Source of the DNA: Syntrophorhabdaceae bacterium
GTDB taxonomy: Bacteria > Desulfobacterota > Syntrophorhabdia > Syntrophorhabdales > Syntrophorhabdaceae
DNA: 64,000 nucleotides
Direction: 5' to 3'
Assembly: GCA_963666485.2 (NCBI GenBank)
Contig: CAXXUO010000001.1
Coordinates: 1,056,001-1,120,000, forward strand
Numbering within the stretch: position 1 is the first letter of the stretch; the number at the start of each line of letters is the position of its first letter. This document shows, piece after piece, positions 23,181 through 33,173 of this stretch. A model generated the notes under the pieces. It did no database searches and had not been told where the DNA came from. It saw only the letters and a program-made list of their open reading frames with translations. The translations under genes and the position numbers were made by a program.

Positions 23181-24392
23181 TCAGCCGATCATCTGGATGG
23201 TGCCGTCAAACATGACTGCGGCCCGGGCGCGGCCCCCGTACTCTTCGTCGAGGTCCCCGACGAGCTTCTCAAGGTCGCCGGCCCACACAATATCTTCCTT
23301 TTTCCCGAACCAGTACGAGCCTGCGTGGTCCTTGCGGCGTGAATGGATGACCAGCTTTTTCACCCTTTCGTGGAGGGTGCGTTCCTTTCGCGACAGCCTT
23401 CCCCACAGGTCTTTTCCAAAGCGCCCGAGAAGATAGTGGATGACCTGCCCTTCTTCAATATCGCACAAAAGTACGATGTAGCCCCCTTTGCTCGAAAGGA
23501 GAGGCTCCCCTATGGCGGCCGCGATGATAGCCTCATTCCCCTTGCCGAAGGTGTTCACGAAAACGATATCGTATTCCCCTTCCGCCGGGGTGAAATAATG
23601 TGATATGGCCCGCCTGATCATATCCGGGTAAAGCTCTTCAGGGTCCCCGGCGAAAATATCCGTAGCACGGGCCGAAGTGTTTACGAACACGTCGATCTTG
23701 TAGTCGATCGCCGCCATCTTCCCCGCTTCACGTATATCGGCCAGCATCACATTGCCGTCGTGCCTGCCGAGCCCCCAGCAGGTCTCCATGTTCTTCGCAA
23801 GCAGCTCGCCATGGTGGTATGTTATCGAATCGATGTGGGCGAGCCCCGGGAACACGATCTTGTATCCCCCCCCGAAACCGCAGAACTGGTGCGGGAGGAA
23901 GGCACCGATACCGATCCTGAGATCACAACTCATATATTCACGGTTAATGGCGACCGGGGTGCCGAATGAGGTCTTCCCGAGGAAATCGCAATTTTCATAG
24001 CAATTGTGATTGAAAACCGGGAACCTCTCGAGGACCTCCTCGCCGAGTTTTTTGCGGAAATCGGAATTATTGTGCGGGGAGTGCGTTCCCAGCGAACACA
24101 GGAAGCGCACCTGTTCATCGCGTATGCCCGAGGCATCGAAGGCCTCAAGGAGATAGGGGACTATCTCGTATGCCCGTGTCGGGCGCGAGAGATCATCGAA
24201 CAGCACACAGATCTCCCGGGCGCCTTTAAGGAGCGGGGGGAGGCCTGAAAGAGCCGCGCGGTATTCGGCGGGGCCTGCCACGGGACTTCCATCGCCCGCC
24301 ATCCTGAGCAGATTGACATCCCATCCTTCGGGAAGATCGAGGGAAATGGCCCGTTCCGTGCTCCAGAGATTATGGGGGAGAGATACTCTCAT
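23181..24392 (-). CDS. LarA-family (nickel-pincer) 2-hydroxy-acid racemase/epimerase
   Basis: DDLSRPT, LGTH, NHN and PHQFCGFGGGYK motifs plus a downstream His, typical of the LarA N-terminal domain; start set at ATG 24392. Confidence 0.82.
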   Translation of the reverse strand: MRVSLPHNLWSTERAISLDLPEGWDVNLLRMAGDGSPVAGPAEYRAALSGLPPLLKGAREICVLFDDLSRPTRAYEIVPYLLEAFDASGIRDEQVRFLCSLGTHSPHNNSDFRKKLGEEVLERFPVFNHNCYENCDFLGKTSFGTPVAINREYMSCDLRIGIGAFLPHQFCGFGGGYKIVFPGLAHIDSITYHHGELLAKNMETCWGLGRHDGNVMLADIREAGKMAAIDYKIDVFVNTSARATDIFAGDPEELYPDMIRRAISHYFTPAEGEYDIVFVNTFGKGNEAIIAAAIGEPLLSSKGGYIVLLCDIEEGQVIHYLLGRFGKDLWGRLSRKERTLHERVKKLVIHSRRKDHAGSYWFGKKEDIVWAGDLEKLVGDLDEEYGGRARAAVMFDGTIQMIG

Positions 24393-24433
24393 AAAAAACT
24401 TGACCGGTATGGTCAGCTGGGGTACAGTATACA

Positions 24434-25123
24434 ATGTCAATGAAAAAGTTGACAATAAAAAAAGATAAAACGATCCGCCAAAAAGTCTACCACCATATAC
24501 GCGAAGAGATCCTGAAGGGTGCCATAGCCCCCAGGGAAAGGCTCATCGAGGCGAAGATCGCGGAAGAGATAGGTACGTCGCGCACGCCTGTGCGAGAAGC
24601 GCTCCACAATCTTGAGCTCGAAAAACTGGTCGTTTCCATCCCCCGTGTCGGTTATGTTGTCACGGAAATGAACATGGAAGAAGTCGAGCAGATATGCGAG
24701 ATACGCACCGCCATTGAGAGCCTCGCCATAGAATGGGCGCTCAGGAAACAGCCCGATAAACTCATAAAGGCATTACGAAGGAGCCTTGCCAGTCAAAAGA
24801 AGTACATAGAGAACGGCAACCTGACCGGTTACGCCGAGCTTGACGCCCAGTTCCACGACATCATTGCCCGGTTTGCCGGAAGCGAGCGGCTCCTCGAGTT
24901 GACCCAGACAATGCGGCGTCATATGCTGCGGTACAGGGTCCAGTGCATCTACCTGGCTGAAACTGCCGAAAGATCGATGCAGGGCCATGAAAAGCTGGTC
25001 GACATGATCGAAAAAGGGGACGCGGCAGAGATAGGCGCGGCCTTGAAAAAACATCTCGTCGAGGCGCGGGATGACATTCTCTATTATGTTTTTCATGAAG
25101 ACACGGATGGCGGTCCGGCGTAA
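24434..25123 (+). CDS. GntR family regulator (FCD C-terminal domain)
   Basis: wHTH GTSRTPVREAL; FCD motifs DAQFH, EKLV and KHL. Confidence 0.92.
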   Translation: MSMKKLTIKKDKTIRQKVYHHIREEILKGAIAPRERLIEAKIAEEIGTSRTPVREALHNLELEKLVVSIPRVGYVVTEMNMEEVEQICEIRTAIESLAIEWALRKQPDKLIKALRRSLASQKKYIENGNLTGYAELDAQFHDIIARFAGSERLLELTQTMRRHMLRYRVQCIYLAETAERSMQGHEKLVDMIEKGDAAEIGAALKKHLVEARDDILYYVFHEDTDGGPA

Positions 25124-25206
25124 GACAAGCGGGACATGATTCGTTGACAAATAAAGATTTGTATGTAATTGTCAATTAATGCTTTAATGAACCCGGGGGT
25201 GCTGGT

Positions 25207-26424
25207 ATGAAAAGATGTCGCAATCTGCTGTTAGCATCAATGATCATTTTATCCATGCTTTTCGTTTTCTCCTCTTCACACGCTGCCGACACAATAAAGG
25301 TGGGGATCGTAGACACCTATACGGGGCCTGCCACGACCTTTACCAATGACGTCCTCGACGGTTTCAAGCTGGCCGTCGCAAAAATAAACGCGCAGGGCGG
25401 GGTCCTGGGCAAAAAGATCGAGTTCACCACGCGTGACGAGAAATTCAAGCCGGATATCGGTCTTGCAATGGCAAAAGAGCTTGTCCTGAAGGAAAAGGTC
25501 GATATCCTGATGGGAACGATAAACAGCGCCACAGCACTCGCGATCTCGGACTTCGTGAAGAAGGAAAAGGTACCCTTTTTCGTTACCTTCGCGAAAAGTG
25601 AAAAGATCATCGGCGAGAAGGGCCACCGCTACATTTTCAACATGAATGAAAATACGGAAATGGCGGGCCGGGCTGCCGCTATCGCGCTTGCGAAAAAACC
25701 GTACGTGAAATACTGGATCGCGGGCGACGATTACGAATACGGCCACGCGATCGCGGATGCCGTCTGGAACAACCTCAAGAAATTGAAACCGTCGGTGCAG
25801 AAGGTCGGAGAGACCTGGTGGAAGGTCGGCGAGGCCGATTTCACACCGTACATAACGCAGATACTGGCCGCGAAGCCCGATTTTATCATCGTCGCAACGG
25901 GCGGGTCGGGCATGGTCAACTTTCAGAAGGCTGCAAAAGCGACGGGCTTGAGCCAGAAGATCCCGTTCTATCAACATACGGCGACCGAGCTTTCGGTCCT
26001 TGCACCTCAAGGCCCGAACGCCCCCGAGGGTGTCTTCGGGACGGCGAACTACTTCTTCTATTATCCTGATACCCCGGAGAACCGGGCCTTTGTCGCGGAT
26101 TTCAAGAAGGCCTATAACCGCAATCCCAGGATCGGGGCCCTTTCGGGTTATATGACAGCCCAGTTTATAGCTGAGGGCTATAAGAAGGCCGGAAAGATCG
26201 ACAGGGAAAAAATGGTGAATGCGCTTGGCGGCATGACGCTGCCGAGCCCGGTCGGCCCGCTCGAAATCCGCAGCTGCGACCACCAGCTCCTGCTCCCGAT
26301 GTATTTCGGCGTCACGAAAAAGGACCCCAAGTTTGATTTCCTCGTTGCGGGGAACATCGAGACCATCCAGGGCAAGGATTATGTCCCGTCATGCCAGGAG
26401 GTCCTGAAGCTGCGCAAGAAATAA
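25207..26424 (+). CDS. ABC transporter substrate-binding protein (Liv/HAAT family)
   Basis: Signal peptide; IKVG, INAQGGVLGKKIE, DYEYGH and DFTPYITQI motifs. Confidence 0.92.
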   Translation: MKRCRNLLLASMIILSMLFVFSSSHAADTIKVGIVDTYTGPATTFTNDVLDGFKLAVAKINAQGGVLGKKIEFTTRDEKFKPDIGLAMAKELVLKEKVDILMGTINSATALAISDFVKKEKVPFFVTFAKSEKIIGEKGHRYIFNMNENTEMAGRAAAIALAKKPYVKYWIAGDDYEYGHAIADAVWNNLKKLKPSVQKVGETWWKVGEADFTPYITQILAAKPDFIIVATGGSGMVNFQKAAKATGLSQKIPFYQHTATELSVLAPQGPNAPEGVFGTANYFFYYPDTPENRAFVADFKKAYNRNPRIGALSGYMTAQFIAEGYKKAGKIDREKMVNALGGMTLPSPVGPLEIRSCDHQLLLPMYFGVTKKDPKFDFLVAGNIETIQGKDYVPSCQEVLKLRKK

Positions 26425-26440
26425 GGGCTGCAACGGATCA

Positions 26441-27340
26441 ATGGAGAATATTCTCGGTTTCATAAGCCCGGGCATTTTAAGCCAGATCCTTGTCGGGCTT
26501 TCACGTACAGTGATCCTGTTCATAGTATCATCAGGCCTGAGCCTCATTTTGGGGGTCTTGAGGATCCCCAATGTGGCCCACGGTTCTCTCTACATGATAG
26601 GCGCTTTCATGGCCTATACAGTTTCACACCTTTTGGGCGGAGGCACCGCGGGATTCTGGGCGGCCCTCGTCCTGGCACCGCTCGGGGTGGCCGCCTTAAG
26701 CTTTTTGGCGGAACGCGGCCTCTTCCAGTTTCTCTACGAACGTGAACATTTGATGCTCCTTCTTCTCACGTTCGCCCTGTCGCTGGTCTTCGGGGACCTC
26801 GTGAAATTGATCTGGGGTGCGGAGTACCGGTCTGTTCCCGTGCCATCCATTTTCCAGGGTTATATCAACCTTTTCGGGGGCCTGCCTTTTCCGATCTACA
26901 GCTTTTTCCTCCTGGTCACCGGACCGGTTATAGCGATATTGCTGTGGCTTCTGACCAACAGGACGAAGATAGGGAAAATATCACGCGCCGCCGCGGTTGA
27001 CAGGGAAATGGTCGGCGCGGTCGGGATCAACGTAAGCTGGATTTTTGCGATCGTCTTCGTCATCGGGTGCCTCCTCGCGGGCCTGGGCGGGGTGCTTGTT
27101 GCCCCGACGGTCAGTGTTACGCTGGGTATGGACCACACCCTGATCATGGAGGCCTTCCTTATCGTGATCATGGGGGGCCTCGGCAATGTCTGGGGCGCGC
27201 TGCTCGGGGCGCTCATCTTTGGCCTCACGCAGTCGCTGGGCATCCTGGTATGGCCCCAGTTCGGCATTGTCTTTCCGTATCTCGCGGTGGTCGTCGTCCT
27301 TATCTTCAGGCCGACGGGCATCCTGAAGTCGACATGGTGA
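26441..27340 (+). CDS. ABC transporter permease (LivH-like)
   Basis: GLSLILGV..NVAHG, GKISRA and IMGGLGNVWGA motifs. Confidence 0.92.
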   Translation: MENILGFISPGILSQILVGLSRTVILFIVSSGLSLILGVLRIPNVAHGSLYMIGAFMAYTVSHLLGGGTAGFWAALVLAPLGVAALSFLAERGLFQFLYEREHLMLLLLTFALSLVFGDLVKLIWGAEYRSVPVPSIFQGYINLFGGLPFPIYSFFLLVTGPVIAILLWLLTNRTKIGKISRAAAVDREMVGAVGINVSWIFAIVFVIGCLLAGLGGVLVAPTVSVTLGMDHTLIMEAFLIVIMGGLGNVWGALLGALIFGLTQSLGILVWPQFGIVFPYLAVVVVLIFRPTGILKSTW

Positions 27341-27350
27341 GGGGCGCGAC

Positions 27351-28292
27351 ATGACCGGTTCATTCTTGCGAAGCAGATCTCTGTGGGCCGTTGCCGGCTT
27401 TGTCCTGCTCCTTCTTTTCCCGCTCTTCCTCGACCGGTTCTACATTTACCTTGCGGCCATTATCCTGCTTACGGGCCTGTGCGCGACCAGCCTCAATTTT
27501 GTCCTCGGGTACGGGGGAGTGTACCAGTTCCACCATGCCGTTTTCTACGGGGTCGGGGCATACGGGGCAGCGCTCATGATCCTGAAGTCGGGGCTTTCCC
27601 CCTGGCTCGGCTTTATCGTCGGCCCCCTGGTCTCGGCACTGCTCGGCCTTGTTATCGGGATCATATGCGTGCGCCTTTCAAAGCTTTATTTCGGGATGCT
27701 CCAGATATCACTCGGCTCGCTTGTCTGGGCCATAGTCTACCGCTGGTATTCTTTTACCGGCGGGGATGACGGGATCCACGGCGTCCCGCTTCCCGACATC
27801 ATCTCATCGCCGAACGGTGCCTATTATTTCACGCTTATCGTGACGTCGGTATCGATGCTCATCCTGTACCGCATTATCAAATCGCCCTTCGGGAGCGCGC
27901 TCCAGGGGATCAGGGACAACCCGGTCCGGTCGGAGATGATCGGGGTCAACGTGAGATTTCAACAGCTCCTCGCTTTGACCATTGCCGGTTTTTTCGGCGG
28001 CGTCGCGGGGGCGCTCTTCGTTGTCGTCGACAACACCGTATTTCCCGACATGATGTTCTGGACCCTCTCGATGGAGCTCGTTATCATGTGCCTTCTCGGG
28101 GGATGGTACAGCTTTCTGGGCCCGATGGTCGGCGCGGCGGTCATAGTGCTCCTGAGGACCTATATCAGCAGTCTTACGGTATACTGGGCCCTCGTTCTCG
28201 GCATCATCATGATGCTCGTCATATTTTTCCTGCCGAACGGCGTTCTGGGGTACCTCGACCGGTTCCTGAAAAAGAAGGCGCGGGCGAGATGA
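27351..28292 (+). CDS. ABC transporter permease (LivM-like)
   Basis: LGYGG, TGGDDGIHG, SPFG..IRDN and LPNGVLG motifs. Confidence 0.92.
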   Translation: MTGSFLRSRSLWAVAGFVLLLLFPLFLDRFYIYLAAIILLTGLCATSLNFVLGYGGVYQFHHAVFYGVGAYGAALMILKSGLSPWLGFIVGPLVSALLGLVIGIICVRLSKLYFGMLQISLGSLVWAIVYRWYSFTGGDDGIHGVPLPDIISSPNGAYYFTLIVTSVSMLILYRIIKSPFGSALQGIRDNPVRSEMIGVNVRFQQLLALTIAGFFGGVAGALFVVVDNTVFPDMMFWTLSMELVIMCLLGGWYSFLGPMVGAAVIVLLRTYISSLTVYWALVLGIIMMLVIFFLPNGVLGYLDRFLKKKARAR

Positions 28293-28311
28293 TCTTTGTA
28301 AGGGGTTTTTC

Positions 28312-29061
28312 GTGCTTGAGGTAACATCTTTATCGAAATCGTTCGAAGGCTTCAAGGCCGTGAAGGATGCCAGCCTGTCCGTCAAGGACGGCGAGGTCGT
28401 GGCGGTCATCGGCCCGAACGGGGCCGGGAAGACGACGCTTTTCAACCTGATAACCGGCGTTATCAGGCCCGACAGCGGGAAGGTCCTTTTCAAAGGGGAG
28501 GATATAACGGGGCTAAAGCCGTACCAGGTATGCCGCAGGGGCATGTCGCGGTCATTCCAGGTCGTCACCGTGTTCCCCCGCCTGAGCGTTTTCGAGAATG
28601 TCCAGGTGTCCGTCCTGTCACGGCAGAAAAAAACATGGAACCTGTTTACCCCGTCATCGAAACTTGCCATTGCCGAAACGGAGAAAATACTCGAGAATGT
28701 CGGCCTGACCGGCGTAGGAGACGCGACGAGTGCCGCCCTGTCCCACGGCGAACGCAAGGTGCTCGAGATAGCCATAGCGCTCGGCGGGAGCCCGGAGTTT
28801 CTCATACTTGACGAGCCCACGGCGGGCATGTCGCCGGAAGAGACGTCCCGGTGCATCGACCTTATCCGGCAGCTCAAGGAGAAACTCGGGATAACCATAC
28901 TTTTTTGCGAGCACGACATGGAGATCGTGTTTTCCATTTCGGACAGGATCATGGTCATGGTCCGCGGTACGACAGTAATCGAGGGTACGTGCAATGAGGT
29001 CAGGTGTTGCCAGGAGGTGCAGGACGCCTACCTTGGCGGGAGCGACGTATGCTTGATGTGA
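28312..29061 (+). CDS. ABC transporter ATPase (LivG-like)
   Basis: GPNGAGKTT, RSFQ, LDEPTAGMSPEE, EHDM and AYLG motifs. Confidence 0.93.
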   Translation: MLEVTSLSKSFEGFKAVKDASLSVKDGEVVAVIGPNGAGKTTLFNLITGVIRPDSGKVLFKGEDITGLKPYQVCRRGMSRSFQVVTVFPRLSVFENVQVSVLSRQKKTWNLFTPSSKLAIAETEKILENVGLTGVGDATSAALSHGERKVLEIAIALGGSPEFLILDEPTAGMSPEETSRCIDLIRQLKEKLGITILFCEHDMEIVFSISDRIMVMVRGTTVIEGTCNEVRCCQEVQDAYLGGSDVCLM

Positions 29062-29738
29062 GCGGGATCAATACATATTACGGGTTGAGCCACATTCTCT
29101 TCGATATCTCCCTGACCGTGAAAGCAGGCGAGGTGGTGGGCCTTCTCGGGCGCAACGGCGCGGGCAAGAGCACGACCATGAAGAGCATCATGGGGATCGT
29201 GCCGCCGAGACGGGGGACGATCGCCTTCAAAGGAAAAGACATAACAGGCCAGAAACCTTTTCTGTCTTTCCGCCAGGGTATAGGGTATGTCCCGGACGAC
29301 AGGCGGGTCTTTGCGGACCTGAGCGTCGAAGACAACCTGGAAATAGTCCACCAGCGCAGCAAGGATTGGGACAAGGACAGGATATACGGGATCTTTCCCG
29401 CCCTGAAAGAGATACGGTCCCGCCGCTCCGGGCATCTCAGCGGCGGAGAGCAGCAGATGCTCACGATAGCGCGGGCGCTCATGGGAAGCCCGGAACTCCT
29501 TCTTCTCGACGAACCGACGGAGGGCCTCGCGCCGCTCATCGTCCGCGATCTCGAGCAGCAGATCCTGAAACTCAAGGATGCGGGGATCAGCATCCTTTTG
29601 TCCGAGCAGAATGTGCGCTCGGCATTGAGGATGATCACCCGCGCCTATGTCATCGACAACGGCAGGATCCGTTTCGAGGGCACCGTGGAAGAACTCGAGG
29701 CGCATGACGAAGTAAAGAGAAAGTACCTCATGATCTGA
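29049..29738 (+). CDS. ABC transporter ATPase (LivF-like)
   Basis: GRNGAGKST, LSGGEQQML, LDEPTEGLAP and EQN motifs; start at ATG 29049. Confidence 0.93.
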   Translation: MLDVSGINTYYGLSHILFDISLTVKAGEVVGLLGRNGAGKSTTMKSIMGIVPPRRGTIAFKGKDITGQKPFLSFRQGIGYVPDDRRVFADLSVEDNLEIVHQRSKDWDKDRIYGIFPALKEIRSRRSGHLSGGEQQMLTIARALMGSPELLLLDEPTEGLAPLIVRDLEQQILKLKDAGISILLSEQNVRSALRMITRAYVIDNGRIRFEGTVEELEAHDEVKRKYLMI

Positions 29739-29809
29739 TCAGCCCGTTTTATACGGGTCCCCTGCGGTTTTTTCCTTTCATTTCACCGGTTTTTTTTATA
29801 GAATTATAT

Positions 29810-30388
29810 ATGCTTGAGAACACATCCAGGCCGAAGAAGATCCTCTTCACCCTTTTTTTCGCAGCTGCCCTCGCTTTTGTCGTTGCCGTCCCGGCCGTGT
29901 ACAGTTTCGGGGACCTCGGGATGGTCGTCGAGCGCATCAAGGATGAAAATGCGGTCCGCTGCCCGACCTGCGGCCGCCCGATCATGCCGGGTGTCATTCA
30001 TACGGACGCTGCGGCAATCGTCAAGGAAAAGCTGAAGGCAGCCCTGACCGACCGGGATGTCGGCTATTCCGACGGGACAAAACCGGGCCAGCCGTACATC
30101 CACGTCCTCGTCTACCGTTTTGAGGAAAGGAAAGGAGGCAATTTCGCCGTAGAGAAGCCTGCCTCCATCGCATTTCACATGCACCTCATGAAGGACGGGG
30201 TCCTCGGCAAGATCTTCGAGTATTCCGAGGAACAGAAGGCCCTGACACAGAACCTTTTCACGATGGGTAAATTCCTGAAGAGGGGCGGGAAATGGGTCAC
30301 CGCCGATGAACTGGCGGAAGAAGGCATTAATGCCGGGCTCGATCGATTCTTAATTGACGCAAAGGGGACGCCGGGGACGGACCATTGA
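29810..30388 (+). CDS. Hypothetical exported protein with a CxxC motif
   Basis: N-terminal hydrophobic segment and CPTCG; stop overlaps the hisA start; fills the gap between livF-like and hisA. Confidence 0.7.
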   Translation: MLENTSRPKKILFTLFFAAALAFVVAVPAVYSFGDLGMVVERIKDENAVRCPTCGRPIMPGVIHTDAAAIVKEKLKAALTDRDVGYSDGTKPGQPYIHVLVYRFEERKGGNFAVEKPASIAFHMHLMKDGVLGKIFEYSEEQKALTQNLFTMGKFLKRGGKWVTADELAEEGINAGLDRFLIDAKGTPGTDH

Positions 30389-31092
30389 AACCGCTTTTCG
30401 CAATGGACCTGATGGGCGGCAAGACTGTTCGTCTCAGGAAGGGTGATTTTCACGAGGTAACCGTATACAGCGATGATCCTCCCGCGATGATCCGCGACAT
30501 GGTCCGGCGGGGGGCGCAGGATTTCCACATCATCGACCTCGATGGCGCGAGGACCGGGATGCCTGTCCACGGGGACATCATCCGGGAGATCCGCGGCATT
30601 GTTAAAGGCTACATGGAGGTCGGCGGGGGAATTCGCAGCGAAGAGGTCATCACGTATTACAGCGATATGGGGATCGACGGGGTCATAGTCGGCACAAGGG
30701 CCCTCGAAGACCCGGAATTTTTCGACACACTTTCCGCATTCAAAAATATCGTCTTCGGGCTTGATCTTCTTGACGGCAAACCCATGGCCAGGGGGTGGAA
30801 GAGCGCGGTGGACCGTGACGTGACCTCCCTGCTCAAGGACGCCGGGCGCATCGGCATCATGGCCGTCCTGTGCACAAGCATCGAACGCGACGGGATGCTT
30901 ACCGGTCCCGACCTTGAAGGCTTGAAAAAACTTTCCGGCATGACGACGCTTCCCCTCATAGCATCGGGCGGCGTCTCCAAAATTGATGATGTACGGCAAC
31001 TCAAGGAAATGGACGTCTGGGCCGCAATAATCGGCAAAGCCTTCTACGAGGGATTCATCGGCATCGAGGAGGCAATGGCCTATGCTGGCTAA
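30385..31092 (+). CDS. hisA: ProFAR isomerase
   Basis: [36 protein letters not shown] and ASGG motifs. Confidence 0.95.
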   Translation: MKPLFAMDLMGGKTVRLRKGDFHEVTVYSDDPPAMIRDMVRRGAQDFHIIDLDGARTGMPVHGDIIREIRGIVKGYMEVGGGIRSEEVITYYSDMGIDGVIVGTRALEDPEFFDTLSAFKNIVFGLDLLDGKPMARGWKSAVDRDVTSLLKDAGRIGIMAVLCTSIERDGMLTGPDLEGLKKLSGMTTLPLIASGGVSKIDDVRQLKEMDVWAAIIGKAFYEGFIGIEEAMAYAG

Positions 31093-31845
31093 GCGGATAA
31101 TACCCTGCCTCGATGTCCGGGAGGGACGGGTCGTCAAGGGCACCAATTTCCTCGAGCTCAAAGATGCCGGCGACCCTGTCGAAAACGCCAAGGCGTATGA
31201 AGAGCAGCTTGCCGACGAGTTGTGCTTCCTCGATATAACCGCGTCTCACGAAAAAAGACGGACCATCATCGATGTGGTAGAGCGGGTCTCACACGAGGTG
31301 TTCATGCCGCTTACCGTCGGCGGGGGCATACGCTCTATCGACGACATTCGCGACATTCTCAGGGCCGGGGCGGACAAGGTCACCGTCAATACGACCGCGG
31401 TCGAAAACCCTCAATTTATCCGGGAGTCGAGCGACATTTTCGGGAGCCAGTGCATCTGCATCGCCATTGACCGCCAAACGGCTCGCATCGGGAAATGGCT
31501 TCGAGGTCTACACGTACGGGGGAAGAAAGCCGACGGGCATCGACGCGATAGGCTGGGCAAAAAAAGCCGAGGAGCTTGGTGCGGGGGAGATACTGCTCAC
31601 AAGCATGGACCGGGACGGGACCAAGATCGGCTTCGACATCGAGCTCACCCGGACGATTTTCCGAGGCGGTGAACATCCCTGTCATTGCGTCAGGCGGGGT
31701 GGGCACACTCGAGCACCTGTATGATGGTCTTGCCCTTGCGAAGGCAGATGCCGTGCTTGCCGCGTCGATATTCCACTACCGGGAATTTACCGTCATCGAC
31801 GCGAAGAAATATCTCCGTGAACGTGGTGTGAATGTCAGGCTTTAG
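31082..31845 (+). pseudogene. hisF: Imidazole glycerol phosphate synthase cyclase subunit, interrupted by two +1 frameshifts (possibly assembly errors)
   Basis: [12 protein letters not shown]...IAID, then AKR...[13 protein letters not shown]...TRTI, then [13 protein letters not shown]...LAASIFH lie in three successive frames. Extra C at 31471-31472 and extra T at 31657-31660. Confidence 0.9.
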
Positions 31846-31880
31846 CCTGCCTGTATATTTTAGATAAACGAGGACTTGGT

Positions 31881-32264
31881 ATGGAAGGCTTGAAATGGGA
31901 TGAAAAGGGGCTCATGCCCGCGGTTGTGCAGGATGCGAACTCGAAGGAAGTGCTCATGGTCGCCTACATGAACAATGAAGCGCTCGACCTGACGATAAAG
32001 ACAAAAAAAGCGCATTTTTATTCACGTTCACGGCAGCAACTCTGGCTGAAAGGCGAGAGCTCCGGCCACACGCAGGACGTAAAAGAGATCCGTATCGACT
32101 GTGACAATGATACGATCCTCCTTCTCGTCGATCAAAAGGTCGCGGCCTGCCACACCGGCTACTTCAGCTGTTTCTATCGTGCCTGGGCCGACGAATGGAA
32201 GATCGTCGGGACGAAGGTCTTCGACGAAAAAGACGTCTATGGTGAAAAGAAGACCGATCGATAA
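31881..32264 (+). CDS. hisI: Phosphoribosyl-AMP cyclohydrolase
   Basis: [30 protein letters not shown] and [10 protein letters not shown] motifs. Confidence 0.96.
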   Translation: MEGLKWDEKGLMPAVVQDANSKEVLMVAYMNNEALDLTIKTKKAHFYSRSRQQLWLKGESSGHTQDVKEIRIDCDNDTILLLVDQKVAACHTGYFSCFYRAWADEWKIVGTKVFDEKDVYGEKKTDR

Positions 32265-32691
32265 TGTCCTGTCAGTTTTCAATACCTGTTTCTGGACAGG
32301 GTACATTCCTTTCGCGCCCGGCACATTCGCATCGGTCCTTGCAGCCGTCCTGATCTACCTCGTCCCCGGGGTCTTCACGAGTTTCTATTTTGCCGGCCTC
32401 TGCATTATATTCGGTACACTTTCCATCAACGGGGAGAGGTATGAGGGAAAAGACCCCGGGCATATCGTCATCGACGAGTTTGCGGGGATGTGCGTGGCCA
32501 TGGCAGGACACAAGGCATCGCTCATGAATGTCATTATCGGTTTCGTCCTCTTCCGCATTTTTGATATCGTGAAGCCGTTCCCGATAAACCGGGTGGAAAG
32601 ATTGCCGGGAGCCTGCGGCATCATGGCGGATGATGTCCTGGCAGGAATTTTTTCCAGCATCCTCATCCTCGCCTTCACGAGGTTGATATGA
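32239..32691 (+). CDS. pgpA: Phosphatidylglycerophosphatase A
   Basis: [25 protein letters not shown] and [10 protein letters not shown] motifs; start at ATG 32239. Confidence 0.93.
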   Translation: MVKRRPIDNVLSVFNTCFWTGYIPFAPGTFASVLAAVLIYLVPGVFTSFYFAGLCIIFGTLSINGERYEGKDPGHIVIDEFAGMCVAMAGHKASLMNVIIGFVLFRIFDIVKPFPINRVERLPGACGIMADDVLAGIFSSILILAFTRLI

Positions 32692-33173
32692 AACCGGAGA
32701 GGAAGATCTGCAGCGAGATGGCAAAACACGGGCTCAGCCTGTGCACTGCTGAGTCCTGCACGGGCGGGCTCATTGCGGGGCGCATCACGAGCGTATCGGG
32801 GGCATCTGCCTGCTTTGAAGGCGGGTTCATCACGTACAGCAACGCGGCAAAAAGCCGCCTCATCGGCGTCCCGGGGGAATTGATCGAGAAGTACGGCGCG
32901 GTGAGCGGCGAGACGGCGCGCGCGATGGCCGAGGGGGCCCGCGAAAAGCTGGCTGCGGACATGTCCGTCGCCGTTACCGGTATCGCCGGGCCGACAGGCG
33001 GAACGCCGGACAAGCCCGTCGGCACCGTGTACATAGCAGTCGCCCGGAAGGGGAAGACATCGGTGAGGAAATTCCTGTTTACCGGCACGCGCCACGGGAT
33101 ACGAAAACAGACGGCCGAGGAGGCGCTGAAGTTCGTGCTGGACGAAATGGAAGAGATGCCGGGGCCTTTATGA
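32688..33173 (+). CDS. cinA: CinA C-terminal domain / NMN deamidase (PncC)
   Basis: TAESCTGG, TYSNAAK, GAVS and TGIAGPTGG..KPVGTV motifs. Confidence 0.92.
   Translation: MKPERKICSEMAKHGLSLCTAESCTGGLIAGRITSVSGASACFEGGFITYSNAAKSRLIGVPGELIEKYGAVSGETARAMAEGAREKLAADMSVAVTGIAGPTGGTPDKPVGTVYIAVARKGKTSVRKFLFTGTRHGIRKQTAEEALKFVLDEMEEMPGPL

Noticed and set aside
31467..31724. Programmed ribosomal frameshifting in hisF
   Set aside because: Two separate shifts would be needed, and neither site has a canonical slippery heptamer or an evident stimulatory structure.
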